From Candidatus Shapirobacteria bacterium (GTDB taxonomy: Bacteria > Patescibacteriota > Microgenomatia > UBA12405), in NCBI GenBank assembly GCA_028701645.1, contig JAQVQI010000001.1, positions 8,793-52,205 on the forward strand: a DNA stretch of 43,413 bases, read 5' to 3'. The notes beneath the pieces were generated by a model. That model saw only the letters and a program-made list of their open reading frames with translations, was not told the DNA's origin and made no database searches. Below, in pieces: positions 21,874-29,400 of the stretch (position 1 is its first letter; each line of letters starts with the position of its first letter). The position numbers and the translations under genes are program-made.

Positions 21874-22677
21874 TTAATTATTATTATAACTAGGATATTC
21901 TATCATCTCAGAAAAACTGCTATCAAAATACAACTCAATTTCATTTTTATTTAGAGCCTCATCTTTGACCTTCTGGCAATTAATTATTTTATTAATTATA
22001 AATAAAGAATAAGTGTCAGCCACCTCGTCACCATAAAGAATTTGACAGTTTTTTATTTTATTATCAGAGTTATTTCCAATAAATATTACTGAAAATCCCA
22101 ACCTTTCAAATCGTTTTGCCATAAAATTTGCCAAACCACTCACCTCTGATGTGTTTATAACTGACAATTTTAAATCTTCTTCAATTATCTTAGTTTCGGC
22201 AAAATCTCTAATCATTATTTCATCCAAAAAATCTTCACTAAGATTAACATCGTTTTTTAAAACTTCCTCTTTAGTCAAAAAATTATTAAATAGCATTAAT
22301 TTCCACCAATAAACATTTTTCCAATCATCAACCTTTTTTAAATGTAGTAGTTTATCTGCTTTATAGCCAAAGTTGTAAAAAAAGATATCGTCAACTAAAT
22401 CTGTTTTCTTTTCTTGTTTAAGAATATTATTTAGTGTCAAATTGCGATACCAACTTAAACCCTTAGGAATCCATATTTTAGCTTCCGAATTAATTTTAAG
22501 CACGTTTATCATTTTTCTCTCCTTTGAAATTGACACCAAGGCCAGCCCATCATCAGCCAAAATCCCTATCTTATAATCACTGCCTCTATTCGATTTTTTG
22601 TTAACCATCAAAAATATTATTAATCCAAAAACAAATATTCCTAAAACTATCAAAATATATTTAAGCCTGCTTTTCAT
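21874..22677 (-). CDS. Membrane-anchored protein with a LytR_C-like domain
   Basis: N-terminal TM. The C-terminal segment VINTSEVSGLANFMAKRFERLGFSV resembles the LytR C-terminal domain. Confidence 0.5.
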   Translation of the reverse strand: MKSRLKYILIVLGIFVFGLIIFLMVNKKSNRGSDYKIGILADDGLALVSISKERKMINVLKINSEAKIWIPKGLSWYRNLTLNNILKQEKKTDLVDDIFFYNFGYKADKLLHLKKVDDWKNVYWWKLMLFNNFLTKEEVLKNDVNLSEDFLDEIMIRDFAETKIIEEDLKLSVINTSEVSGLANFMAKRFERLGFSVIFIGNNSDNKIKNCQILYGDEVADTYSLFIINKIINCQKVKDEALNKNEIELYFDSSFSEMIEYPSYNNN

Positions 22678-23338
22678 ACAACTCCAAATGCTTTACCAAA
22701 TCACTTGGTAGCGGTGACTCGAATATTAATCTTTTACCAGTTTTAGGGTCATTTATCTGTAATTCGTGTGCATGCAAAAAAGGTCTTTTTAAAATATCAT
22801 TTTCTCCACCGTATAGACTATCCCCTACCAAAGGCCATCTTAAATAACTCAAATGAACTCTTATTTGATGAGTTCTGCCTGTTTTTAAGTTAATGTCTAG
22901 TAAACTATATTTTTTATTATTTTTGAGATATCGGTTGATTAAATTAAATTCAGTTAAGGCCCTCTTTCCGTCAACGCTAACACCAAACTTACCAAAAGAA
23001 TATTTTGATCTTCCTATTGGCCAATCAATAGCACCACTTGTCGAAGTGTCACCACTAACTAAACAATAATATTTTTTAGCCACCAATCTAGCCTTAAATT
23101 GATGTTTTAAATTTAACAAACTATCATTATTTTTTGCCACCAACACCAAACCCGAAGTCCCTTTATCTAACCGATGAACTATCCCGTTTCTAGGGAGATT
23201 ATTAGCTTTTATTATATGGAGATAATCTTCAAGAGTATCTTCTTCATTTTTTCTTTCTTTTGTAGTTGTCATCCCCGACGGCTTATTTATCACTAAAAAA
23301 TCGTCATTTTCAAAATTTATTTCAATTTTTTTATCCAT
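22661..23338 (-). CDS. RluA-family pseudouridine synthase
   Basis: HRLDKGTSGL catalytic Asp motif and TGRTHQIRVH. Confidence 0.9.
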   Translation of the reverse strand: MDKKIEINFENDDFLVINKPSGMTTTKERKNEEDTLEDYLHIIKANNLPRNGIVHRLDKGTSGLVLVAKNNDSLLNLKHQFKARLVAKKYYCLVSGDTSTSGAIDWPIGRSKYSFGKFGVSVDGKRALTEFNLINRYLKNNKKYSLLDINLKTGRTHQIRVHLSYLRWPLVGDSLYGGENDILKRPFLHAHELQINDPKTGKRLIFESPLPSDLVKHLELYEKQA

Positions 23339-23694
23339 AATTCAGACAAAAATATTATAATTCCTATTTGTATCAACCAATCGGCCAAATTATTATAAAC
23401 CCGCCCCAAATACCAATAATCTCTTACATATCCAAAAATCAATCTATCAATCAGATTAATCCATCCACCCACCGACATTAACCCCAGACTCAATAAATTA
23501 TTTTTAAACCAAATTTTTGTCAAAATAACCACAAAAATAATATTCAAAATTATAAAAAACCCACCATTTATGCCAAAACTAATACCATAATTTTTAATTA
23601 TATTATTAGTCGACGCCAAACTAAAATGAACCAACTCTCCCAATAACCAAATACTTAAAATTACAACAAAGCTAAGCTTCTTTTTCTTTTTCAC
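23317..23694 (-). CDS. lspA: Signal peptidase II (lipoprotein signal peptidase)
   Basis: NYGISFGI and GGWINLIDRLIFGYVRDY motifs. The track ORF extends to 23745; I prefer the GTG at 23694 (VKKKKKLSF..), but the start is uncertain. Confidence 0.82.
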   Translation of the reverse strand: MKKKKKLSFVVILSIWLLGELVHFSLASTNNIIKNYGISFGINGGFFIILNIIFVVILTKIWFKNNLLSLGLMSVGGWINLIDRLIFGYVRDYWYLGRVYNNLADWLIQIGIIIFLSELWIKKLK

Positions 23695-24058
23695 ATTTAA
23701 CACAAGTAGTTGCTGATGGATTAATTGATAACCTATCGGTATCAATCATTTTTCCACATCTTTCACATAAACCATATTTTCCAAGTTTTATATTTGTTAA
23801 TGCTTTTCTAAGTTGAACAATCCTTTTGCTTAAAAATTTAGCCTTAACTTCAGTCTCAAAATGCCCAATTTGTTCATCTAAATCTTCTTCAAGTGAATTT
23901 TCTAAAGTTCTATTATTATCCAAAAAAGGATCAGTACTTTTGAGGTCTTTTTTGGCCCTTTTTGACTTCAACAATTCTTTTTCTAAAAAATGTTTTATTG
24001 GCGATATTAATTTTTGAGGAAAACTAATTTTTTGTTTATCTTCTATTTTGTTTTTCAT
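23672..24058 (-). CDS. DksA/TraR-family C4 zinc-finger protein
   Basis: Coiled-coil N-terminus plus CERCGKMI..(N17)..CVKC. Confidence 0.8.
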   Translation of the reverse strand: MKNKIEDKQKISFPQKLISPIKHFLEKELLKSKRAKKDLKSTDPFLDNNRTLENSLEEDLDEQIGHFETEVKAKFLSKRIVQLRKALTNIKLGKYGLCERCGKMIDTDRLSINPSATTCVKCEKEKEA

Positions 24059-24696
24059 ATTTTTATTTTTTTTAGGATATACAATCCTCCTCCAGAAATC
24101 AAACTAATAATCAAAGCTAAAACAATACTTAATATATTATCTTTTAATATAATTAAAACAATCGTTATCGTCAAAAAGAAAAATAGACCATTAAACAAAA
24201 GTACGAATCCTTTTTTACCACTTTTATACCAAGAAAATGATCGGTATCTTTTTTTAAGCCAGCTTACAAAAAATATATCAATTATCAATAAAACCAAAAA
24301 AATCATCGATCTTAGGTAAAAATTAGTTCTCAACCATTCATCAAATATTAATAAACTAGAAAAAATCAAAGTTGGCCTGACAATATCATCCATCAACGAT
24401 AAAAACTTCCATTGGTTTTTCGTTGATACTATCCAGGTAACCAAAACTAACCCTAAATAACTACCCAAATAATTTGTCCCCGGTTTACTCCAGACCAAAA
24501 ACCAACTACTCCAGTTGTCATTCCAAACTCCCCAATTGACGAGTCCATAAGTAATTCTCCCTCCTATTAAAAATCCCGCCAGGGCTATCCAAGCGTAAGT
24601 TATAGTCTTTTGATCACCATAATCGCTTCTCAAATCCCGCCACAACAAATACATAAAAATTATTAATCCAATAGTTCTAAATATTCCAAAACTCAT
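24055..24696 (-). CDS. Membrane protein, likely a short prolipoprotein diacylglyceryl transferase (Lgt)-like protein
   Basis: Polytopic. GGRITYGLVNWG resembles the Lgt GRxGNFxNxExxG region. Same-strand cluster with lspA. Confidence 0.45.
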   Translation of the reverse strand: MSFGIFRTIGLIIFMYLLWRDLRSDYGDQKTITYAWIALAGFLIGGRITYGLVNWGVWNDNWSSWFLVWSKPGTNYLGSYLGLVLVTWIVSTKNQWKFLSLMDDIVRPTLIFSSLLIFDEWLRTNFYLRSMIFLVLLIIDIFFVSWLKKRYRSFSWYKSGKKGFVLLFNGLFFFLTITIVLIILKDNILSIVLALIISLISGGGLYILKKIKI

Positions 24697-24716
24697 AATT
24701 CATTCTACCATTTTTA

Positions 24717-24747
24717 TTCAACCAAAAAACAATAATTAAGCTATAAT
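24717..24747 (+). promoter_or_regulatory. Candidate promoter of the tRNA-Leu array
   Basis: Perfect TATAAT at 24742-24747, 12 nt before the first tRNA-like fragment. Weak -35 TTCAAC with a 19-nt spacer. Confidence 0.35.
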
Positions 24748-24759
24748 AAACTACTTCAA

Positions 24760-24838
24760 GCCGAAGTGGTCCCGATAATCGGGATAAACTCCACTGGCAG
24801 ATTTACCCGCCGAAGCTCAAGCGAAGGTGGGCGTGCAC
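24760..24838 (+). pseudogene. tRNA-Leu 5' fragment (nt 1-29), copy 1, disrupted by two hairpin insertions
   Basis: GCCGAAGTGG[TCCCGATAATCGGGATAAACTCC]ACTGGCAGA[TTTACCCGCCGAAGCTCAAGCGAAGGTGG]GCGTGCAC aligned by eye to 25191-25219. Confidence 0.7.
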
Positions 24839-24872
24839 AAATCAAAATTTAATAGTACATTTAAAAACTTCA

Positions 24873-24922
24873 GCCGAAGTGGCGGAACTGGCAGACCTGC
24901 CTGCCGGCAGGCAGGCGCGCAC
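24873..24922 (+). pseudogene. tRNA-Leu 5' fragment (nt 1-29), copy 2, with a 20-nt palindromic insertion
   Basis: GCCGAAGTGGCGGAACTGGCAGA[CCTGCCTGCCGGCAGGCAGG]CGCGCAC. Outside the insertion it is identical to tRNA nt 1-29. Confidence 0.8.
24896..24915. repeat. Perfect 20-nt GC-rich palindrome CCTGCCTGCCGGCAGGCAGG
   Basis: Seen directly. Confidence 0.95.
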
Positions 24923-25190
24923 AATATAAACATGTTTTATGTATATGTATTAAAAAGTCTGAAGACTGGAACCTTTTACAAAGGGCTAACAAACAATATA
25001 GAAAAAAGAATTAAACAACATGAACAAGGTCAATGTTTATCTACAAAAAACATATTACCTATTACATTAATACATGTTGAAATATGCTCTTCTAGGTTAG
25101 AAGCCAGAAAAATGGAAAAATACTTAAAATCTGGTTATGGTCGTGAGATAATAGAAGAACTCTTAGAAAGAAACTTAAAAACCTAAATCA
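24923..25190 (+). mobile_element. Candidate GIY-YIG cassette inserted in the tRNA-Leu gene
   Basis: This segment separates the displaced 5' fragment from the intact tRNA. It contains only the GIY-YIG ORF. Confidence 0.4.
24932..25186 (+). CDS. Stand-alone GIY-YIG (URI-domain) nuclease, YhbQ/UPF0213-like
   Basis: 84 aa from MFYVYVLKS. GIY (FYVYVL), YIG (FYKGLT), conserved R (RIKQH) and E (KMEKYLK). The track start at 24827 would translate the tRNA-like fragment, so it was rejected. Confidence 0.85.
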   Translation: MFYVYVLKSLKTGTFYKGLTNNIEKRIKQHEQGQCLSTKNILPITLIHVEICSSRLEARKMEKYLKSGYGREIIEELLERNLKT

Positions 25191-25277
25191 GCCGAAGTGG
25201 CGGAACTGGCAGACGCGCACGACTCAAAATCGTGTGGTAGCAATATCATGGGGGTTCGATTCCCTCCTTCGGCACCA
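25191..25277 (+). tRNA. tRNA-Leu (anticodon CAA), class II, CCA encoded
   Basis: Acceptor GCCGAAG/CTTCGGC. Anticodon arm CACGA-CTCAAAA-TCGTG. Long variable arm. T arm GGGGG-TTCGATT-CCCTC. Confidence 0.9.
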
Positions 25278-25283
25278 AATATC

Positions 25284-26588
25284 TTATTTCTTCTCAATAT
25301 CAAAGAAACTGACTTGTTTCCCGTTAAAATACAAATTGAAACTATTTGTTGGCCCGTTTCGATGCTTTTCAATACTACAAGTAACCATTTCTCTCACCTC
25401 TTCATCCTCTCGATATAAAAACATGACCACATCAGCATCTTGTTCGATACTTCCTGATTCTCGCAAATCCGATAGTCTTGGTTTACCCCCTCGAGCCTCC
25501 ATAGCCCGTGATAATTGAGCTAAAGCCAATATCGGTACTTTTAACTCTCTTGCCAAGTTTTTTAAACCTTGTGAAATTTCAGATACTTCTTGAACCCGAT
25601 TATCCCGAGTACTTCCGTGCATCAATTGCAAATAATCAACTACAATAAATTTAATTTCTTTGTCCACTTGCAACCTTCTAGCTTTTGTTCTTAATTCAGT
25701 TACTGTTAAACCAGGAGTGTCATCAATATAAAGAGGAGCATCAGCCAATATTCCCATGGCTTCCGACAAAGAATCAAAATCCCCTGAAGACAATTGTCCG
25801 GTTTTTAATTTCCAAGCATCAATCATCCCCTGTCTTACCAACAATCTATCAACTAACTCTTCTTTACTCATTTCCAAAGAAAAAAGACATACTGGCATCT
25901 TTTTTTCTACCGCCACATACCGAGCAATATTCAACCCAAAAGCTGTTTTTCCTACCCCTGGTCTGGCCGCTAAAATAATCAAATTACTATCCTGCATTCC
26001 CGCCAAAATACTATCTAAACCCTTAAAACCAGTTGGGACTCCTCTAAGACCTGTCCCTAATTTTTGTAATTCATCAAGTCGATCAAAACTTGCGGTCAGA
26101 ACCTCTTTTAATGAAGTTGGCACTGATTTTAAATGTTTTTGTGACAAAGAAAAAATTTCTTGTTCAGCGACATCTAATAACTGATCTGCCGGTAATGTCG
26201 AATCAAAGGCTTTTTCAGTAATTCTGCCAGCCGCCGAAATCAATTCTCTTTTGGCCGACAAAGCCTTTATAATTTTTCCATAGCTTTCGACATTAGCCGC
26301 CGTAGGGACTTCCCCCGCCAATTTTGTCAAAAAAGCCTTTCCTCCGATTTTTTTTAAAATTTTTTGTTCTTTTAATTTTTCTGAAACAGTTACCAAGTCC
26401 AAAGGCATCCTCTCCTCATAGAGATCCATCATCGACTGATAAATCTTTCCATAATTAGAATTATAAAAATGTTCCGCTCTTAAAAATTCTGAAACCGCCA
26501 ATACTGCATCATTATCAATTAAAATTGACCCCAAAACACACAATTCTGCCTCTTCAGAATTTGGTGGTATTCGAGAAATCTCTTCCAT
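25284..26588 (-). CDS. dnaB: Replicative DNA helicase
   Basis: 434 aa. Walker A ARPGVGKT, LSLEMS, and a RecA-like C-terminal domain with VVMFLYRED. Confidence 0.95.
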   Translation of the reverse strand: MEEISRIPPNSEEAELCVLGSILIDNDAVLAVSEFLRAEHFYNSNYGKIYQSMMDLYEERMPLDLVTVSEKLKEQKILKKIGGKAFLTKLAGEVPTAANVESYGKIIKALSAKRELISAAGRITEKAFDSTLPADQLLDVAEQEIFSLSQKHLKSVPTSLKEVLTASFDRLDELQKLGTGLRGVPTGFKGLDSILAGMQDSNLIILAARPGVGKTAFGLNIARYVAVEKKMPVCLFSLEMSKEELVDRLLVRQGMIDAWKLKTGQLSSGDFDSLSEAMGILADAPLYIDDTPGLTVTELRTKARRLQVDKEIKFIVVDYLQLMHGSTRDNRVQEVSEISQGLKNLARELKVPILALAQLSRAMEARGGKPRLSDLRESGSIEQDADVVMFLYREDEEVREMVTCSIEKHRNGPTNSFNLYFNGKQVSFFDIEKK

Positions 26589-26592
26589 ATTA

Positions 26593-27171
26593 TTAGTTAT
26601 TCTTTAATAGTTTTATTTCTAATCCGTCTGGTAAATCTTCTTTTTTATCCAGTTTAATTGACTCAACCGTCTCCAATCCCTCTTCGTCAGCTTCATCCAA
26701 AAATTTTTTTAAATATTCTTCATCATCAGCCAAAGGAACTAAATAATTTACTCCCCATTTTTTACTCCATTCTTTGACTAATTTATGGCTACAAATATCA
26801 CCAATTTTTGTTGGAGCTATAAGGATATCGGCCGAATCAATCTTTTCGATTCTTTTTGGGCTTAATTCTTGGCTAATTTTTCCCAAAACAGTAATTGCAA
26901 AAGTGTCTATTACAATTCGGTAGACTGTATTTCCATTCTCTCCGTTAATCCCAATTATTTCGACTCCCCCTATTTCGTATTCTCCTCCACCTCTAATAAC
27001 TATTTTTTCGTTGTTTAACAAATCAGTTTGATTAAAATCACCATTTGTATAGACAATAATTCTTGAATTATTTTTATTATCAATTATTTCTTTTTCAGTT
27101 GGATCAATTAAAACACTTTCTTTTTTACCCTTTAAAAATATTGTTGATTTGTTCAAAAACTTTATTTCCAT
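26593..27171 (-). CDS. MBL-fold (UPF0173-like) protein with degenerate metal-binding motifs
   Basis: MEIKFL..FLKGKKESVLIDP and GGGEYEIGGVEIIG match the family layout, but the HxHxDH and downstream His positions are replaced. Confidence 0.45.
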   Translation of the reverse strand: MEIKFLNKSTIFLKGKKESVLIDPTEKEIIDNKNNSRIIVYTNGDFNQTDLLNNEKIVIRGGGEYEIGGVEIIGINGENGNTVYRIVIDTFAITVLGKISQELSPKRIEKIDSADILIAPTKIGDICSHKLVKEWSKKWGVNYLVPLADDEEYLKKFLDEADEEGLETVESIKLDKKEDLPDGLEIKLLKNN

Positions 27172-27238
27172 ATAGTCTCATTTTATCATCAAAGTTAACT
27201 TAAAGTAATTTTTATATGTTATTATCTAAGATAATCCC

Positions 27239-27694
27239 ATGATAAAAGAATTGTTTTTAGCTATCGTTATCGGCGCCATCTTGGGTTTTGGTCTAACTGG
27301 CGGATATTTAACTTTTCGTCAAAAGAATCAAACTCCAAAAATAGCCACAATTAGCCAACCAACGATTATCCCAACACCCACGACTACAACTGTCTCTACT
27401 ACTGTTAATAATCAAGAAGTGATAGATAAAAAAATTACAATTATTTCGCCAGAAGACAATCTTTTGGTTTTTAAGGATTCACTTAATATTAAGGGGAATA
27501 CTTCAAAAAATAGTCAAATAATTATCAATACATCAACTCAAAATTTTTCCGGACAAAGTGATCAAAATGGCATTTTTGACATTCCAATTACCTTAGATGG
27601 CGGTCTTAACATTATTAAAATAAGCGCCATTGACTCTCAAGGAAATCAGATTGATACTGAAATAAATGTTACTTTTTCTACTACTAAAATATAA
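27239..27694 (+). CDS. Membrane-anchored hypothetical protein with an Ig-like beta-rich ectodomain
   Basis: N-terminal TM, PT-rich linker, beta-strand-pattern C-terminus. Confidence 0.5.
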   Translation: MIKELFLAIVIGAILGFGLTGGYLTFRQKNQTPKIATISQPTIIPTPTTTTVSTTVNNQEVIDKKITIISPEDNLLVFKDSLNIKGNTSKNSQIIINTSTQNFSGQSDQNGIFDIPITLDGGLNIIKISAIDSQGNQIDTEINVTFSTTKI

Positions 27695-27697
27695 AAA

Positions 27698-28399
27698 ATG
27701 AAATTATTGTTTGCTATTTTATTTTTATTTGTCTTAAACATTCCAGCCAAAGCTGTCGAACTCACTCCCACACCTGATACTAAAACCACCGAAATTGTTA
27801 ATATTGTTAAACAAATAGTCAGCGAAAGTATTACCCCCACCCCAATAATTAGCGACAAACCCAAGTCTTTTTATGGAAATATTACTAAAATCGAGAATAA
27901 TACAATTACTATTGTTTATAAAAACAAAACCCAATTAATTGAGGTTAACGACGAAACTGTTTATATTGATTTAAAAAGAAACAAATCAAAACTCTCCAAT
28001 TTTAAAGCTGGTCAAGAAATATTAGCTATGGGTTACTTAAATGAAGAGAATGTCCTTAACGGTAAAAGAATTCTTGCCACTGAACTAAAATCAGTAGTAA
28101 ATAAACATCAAACAGTAACGGGTCAAATTGTTGATATTTCCAAAGAAACTTCTATTTTTACTCTAACACCAAATTACAACAAAAACAGCCCTTTTCAACT
28201 TAAAACTGATTCAAAAACTAAAATTGTAGATACTGACAATAAAACAATCTTGTCTTCAAGTGTGATTGTTAATGGTAAAAAAATAATTGCTATTATTCAA
28301 CCAGACTCGAAATTAGAAAATACTTTTTATACAACAAAGATAATTAATTTAGACTCTACTACAAAGATTTCCTCCTCAAACTCGACCGTCAAGCCATAG
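27698..28399 (+). CDS. Secreted hypothetical protein with two similar beta-barrel-like halves
   Basis: Signal peptide MKLLFAILFLFVLNIPAKA. Internal duplication pattern (G.I..I....I.......L..). Confidence 0.5.
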   Translation: MKLLFAILFLFVLNIPAKAVELTPTPDTKTTEIVNIVKQIVSESITPTPIISDKPKSFYGNITKIENNTITIVYKNKTQLIEVNDETVYIDLKRNKSKLSNFKAGQEILAMGYLNEENVLNGKRILATELKSVVNKHQTVTGQIVDISKETSIFTLTPNYNKNSPFQLKTDSKTKIVDTDNKTILSSSVIVNGKKIIAIIQPDSKLENTFYTTKIINLDSTTKISSSNSTVKP

Positions 28400-28544
28400 A
28401 CAAATTTAATTTGTGTTAAAATAAACCACAAATTTGATGATATTGAATTTGAAATTTTTAATTCTTAATTTTTAATCAATTTTAAAAAATTTAAATATTT
28501 AATTTTGAATAAAAATTGTAAATATAAAATTAAAAATTATACTT

Positions 28545-28619
28545 GGTGGTATTAGCTCAATTGGTTAGAGCGCAGCTCTGTGAAAGCTGAGGTTGTCGGT
28601 TCAAGTCCGATATACCACC
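28545..28619 (+). tRNA. tRNA-His (anticodon GTG) with encoded G-1
   Basis: G-1 opposite discriminator C73. Acceptor GTGGTAT/ATACCAC. Anticodon arm CAGCT-CTGTGAA-AGCTG. T arm GTCGG-TTCAAGT-CCGAT. CCA is not encoded. Confidence 0.9.
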
Positions 28620-28658
28620 CACGTCCTCCCTGGTGCTAATCAAGAAGGCCAAAAAAAA

Positions 28659-29366
28659 TCATTCCAATCGAAAACTTTGTCTCAAATTAATTTTCCTTCC
28701 TATCTCTAACCAGCTTTTTTCTGTTTCAACATATCCCTCAAACTCCATTTCTGGTTCAATACAAATATATTTTTTATCATAAGAATTAATTCCATTTTCT
28801 TGTTTAACTCCAGTCCATAATTTAGCGAATTTAAAATTTTCTACTTTCCAAATAATATTTTTCTTACCCACTATCTCAATAATATTTGTATTTTTTAGCC
28901 TTATTTCTGTATTTGTCTTAATCCCGTCAGTAATATCAACTCCGTTTAATTTGGTTCCCTGCCAACCAAACTCTGTATCCCAATAATTGTGTACCGCTAG
29001 ATTAACTTTCTTTTTTTCGTTGGAATTATTTAACACTTCAATATCTTGGCTAAAACCGTCCGTTAATCTAAAAAATTGCGTTACTAACAACCCATCAATC
29101 TCACACTTAATTTCTAAAGCCATATTTGATTTATTCGACACCTGCCAAGTTTCATTCCGGAAAGGACCATGAAATAAAAATCCATATTTATTTACTCCTT
29201 CATTAGCAAAATTTGGGACACATACATGTGTATTCCCTTTCTTACCGTCAATTCTTTCAAAAGTTCCCAAAATAATCTGGTTATTAAAAGCCAAATTGTA
29301 GATCCTTCCACCGTCCAAATCAACTTCGAGTAACCAATCCCTATTTCCTATCTTTACTATATTCAT
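28659..29366 (-). CDS. Aldose 1-epimerase-family (hexose-phosphate mutarotase-like) protein
   Basis: 235 aa. GGRI..L, HVCVPNF and HGPFRN..W motifs fit the mutarotase fold family. Confidence 0.6.
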   Translation of the reverse strand: MNIVKIGNRDWLLEVDLDGGRIYNLAFNNQIILGTFERIDGKKGNTHVCVPNFANEGVNKYGFLFHGPFRNETWQVSNKSNMALEIKCEIDGLLVTQFFRLTDGFSQDIEVLNNSNEKKKVNLAVHNYWDTEFGWQGTKLNGVDITDGIKTNTEIRLKNTNIIEIVGKKNIIWKVENFKFAKLWTGVKQENGINSYDKKYICIEPEMEFEGYVETEKSWLEIGRKINLRQSFRLE

Positions 29367-29400
29367 AACCTATTTTATATCAAAATGTTAAAATTAAACT

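Noticed and set aside
24827-24931. The N-terminal 35 codons of the track ORF that precede the GIY-YIG domain.
   Set aside because: This stretch would translate the tRNA-Leu fragment and the 20-nt palindrome (..SGGTGRPACRQAGAH..). The GIY-YIG family starts at MFYVYVL (24932).
24760-25277. A group I intron or split-tRNA interpretation of the tRNA-Leu region.
   Set aside because: The downstream tRNA (25191-25277) is complete and folds on its own. The upstream pieces duplicate its 5' part instead of complementing it. The break is after nt 29, not in the anticodon loop, and no 3' half stands alone.
25175-25518. Track ORFs 25175-25372 (-), 25197-25418 (+) and 25234-25518 (+).
   Set aside because: They overlap tRNA-Leu and/or run antisense to the well-supported dnaB gene. 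None has a recognisable motif.
26593-27171. Whether the gene between the rpsF-ssb-rpsR neighbourhood and dnaB is ribosomal protein L9 (rplI), or whether L9 is missing.
   Set aside because: The ORF adjacent to dnaB is not L9-like. Absence of rplI cannot be concluded from a 43-kb window.
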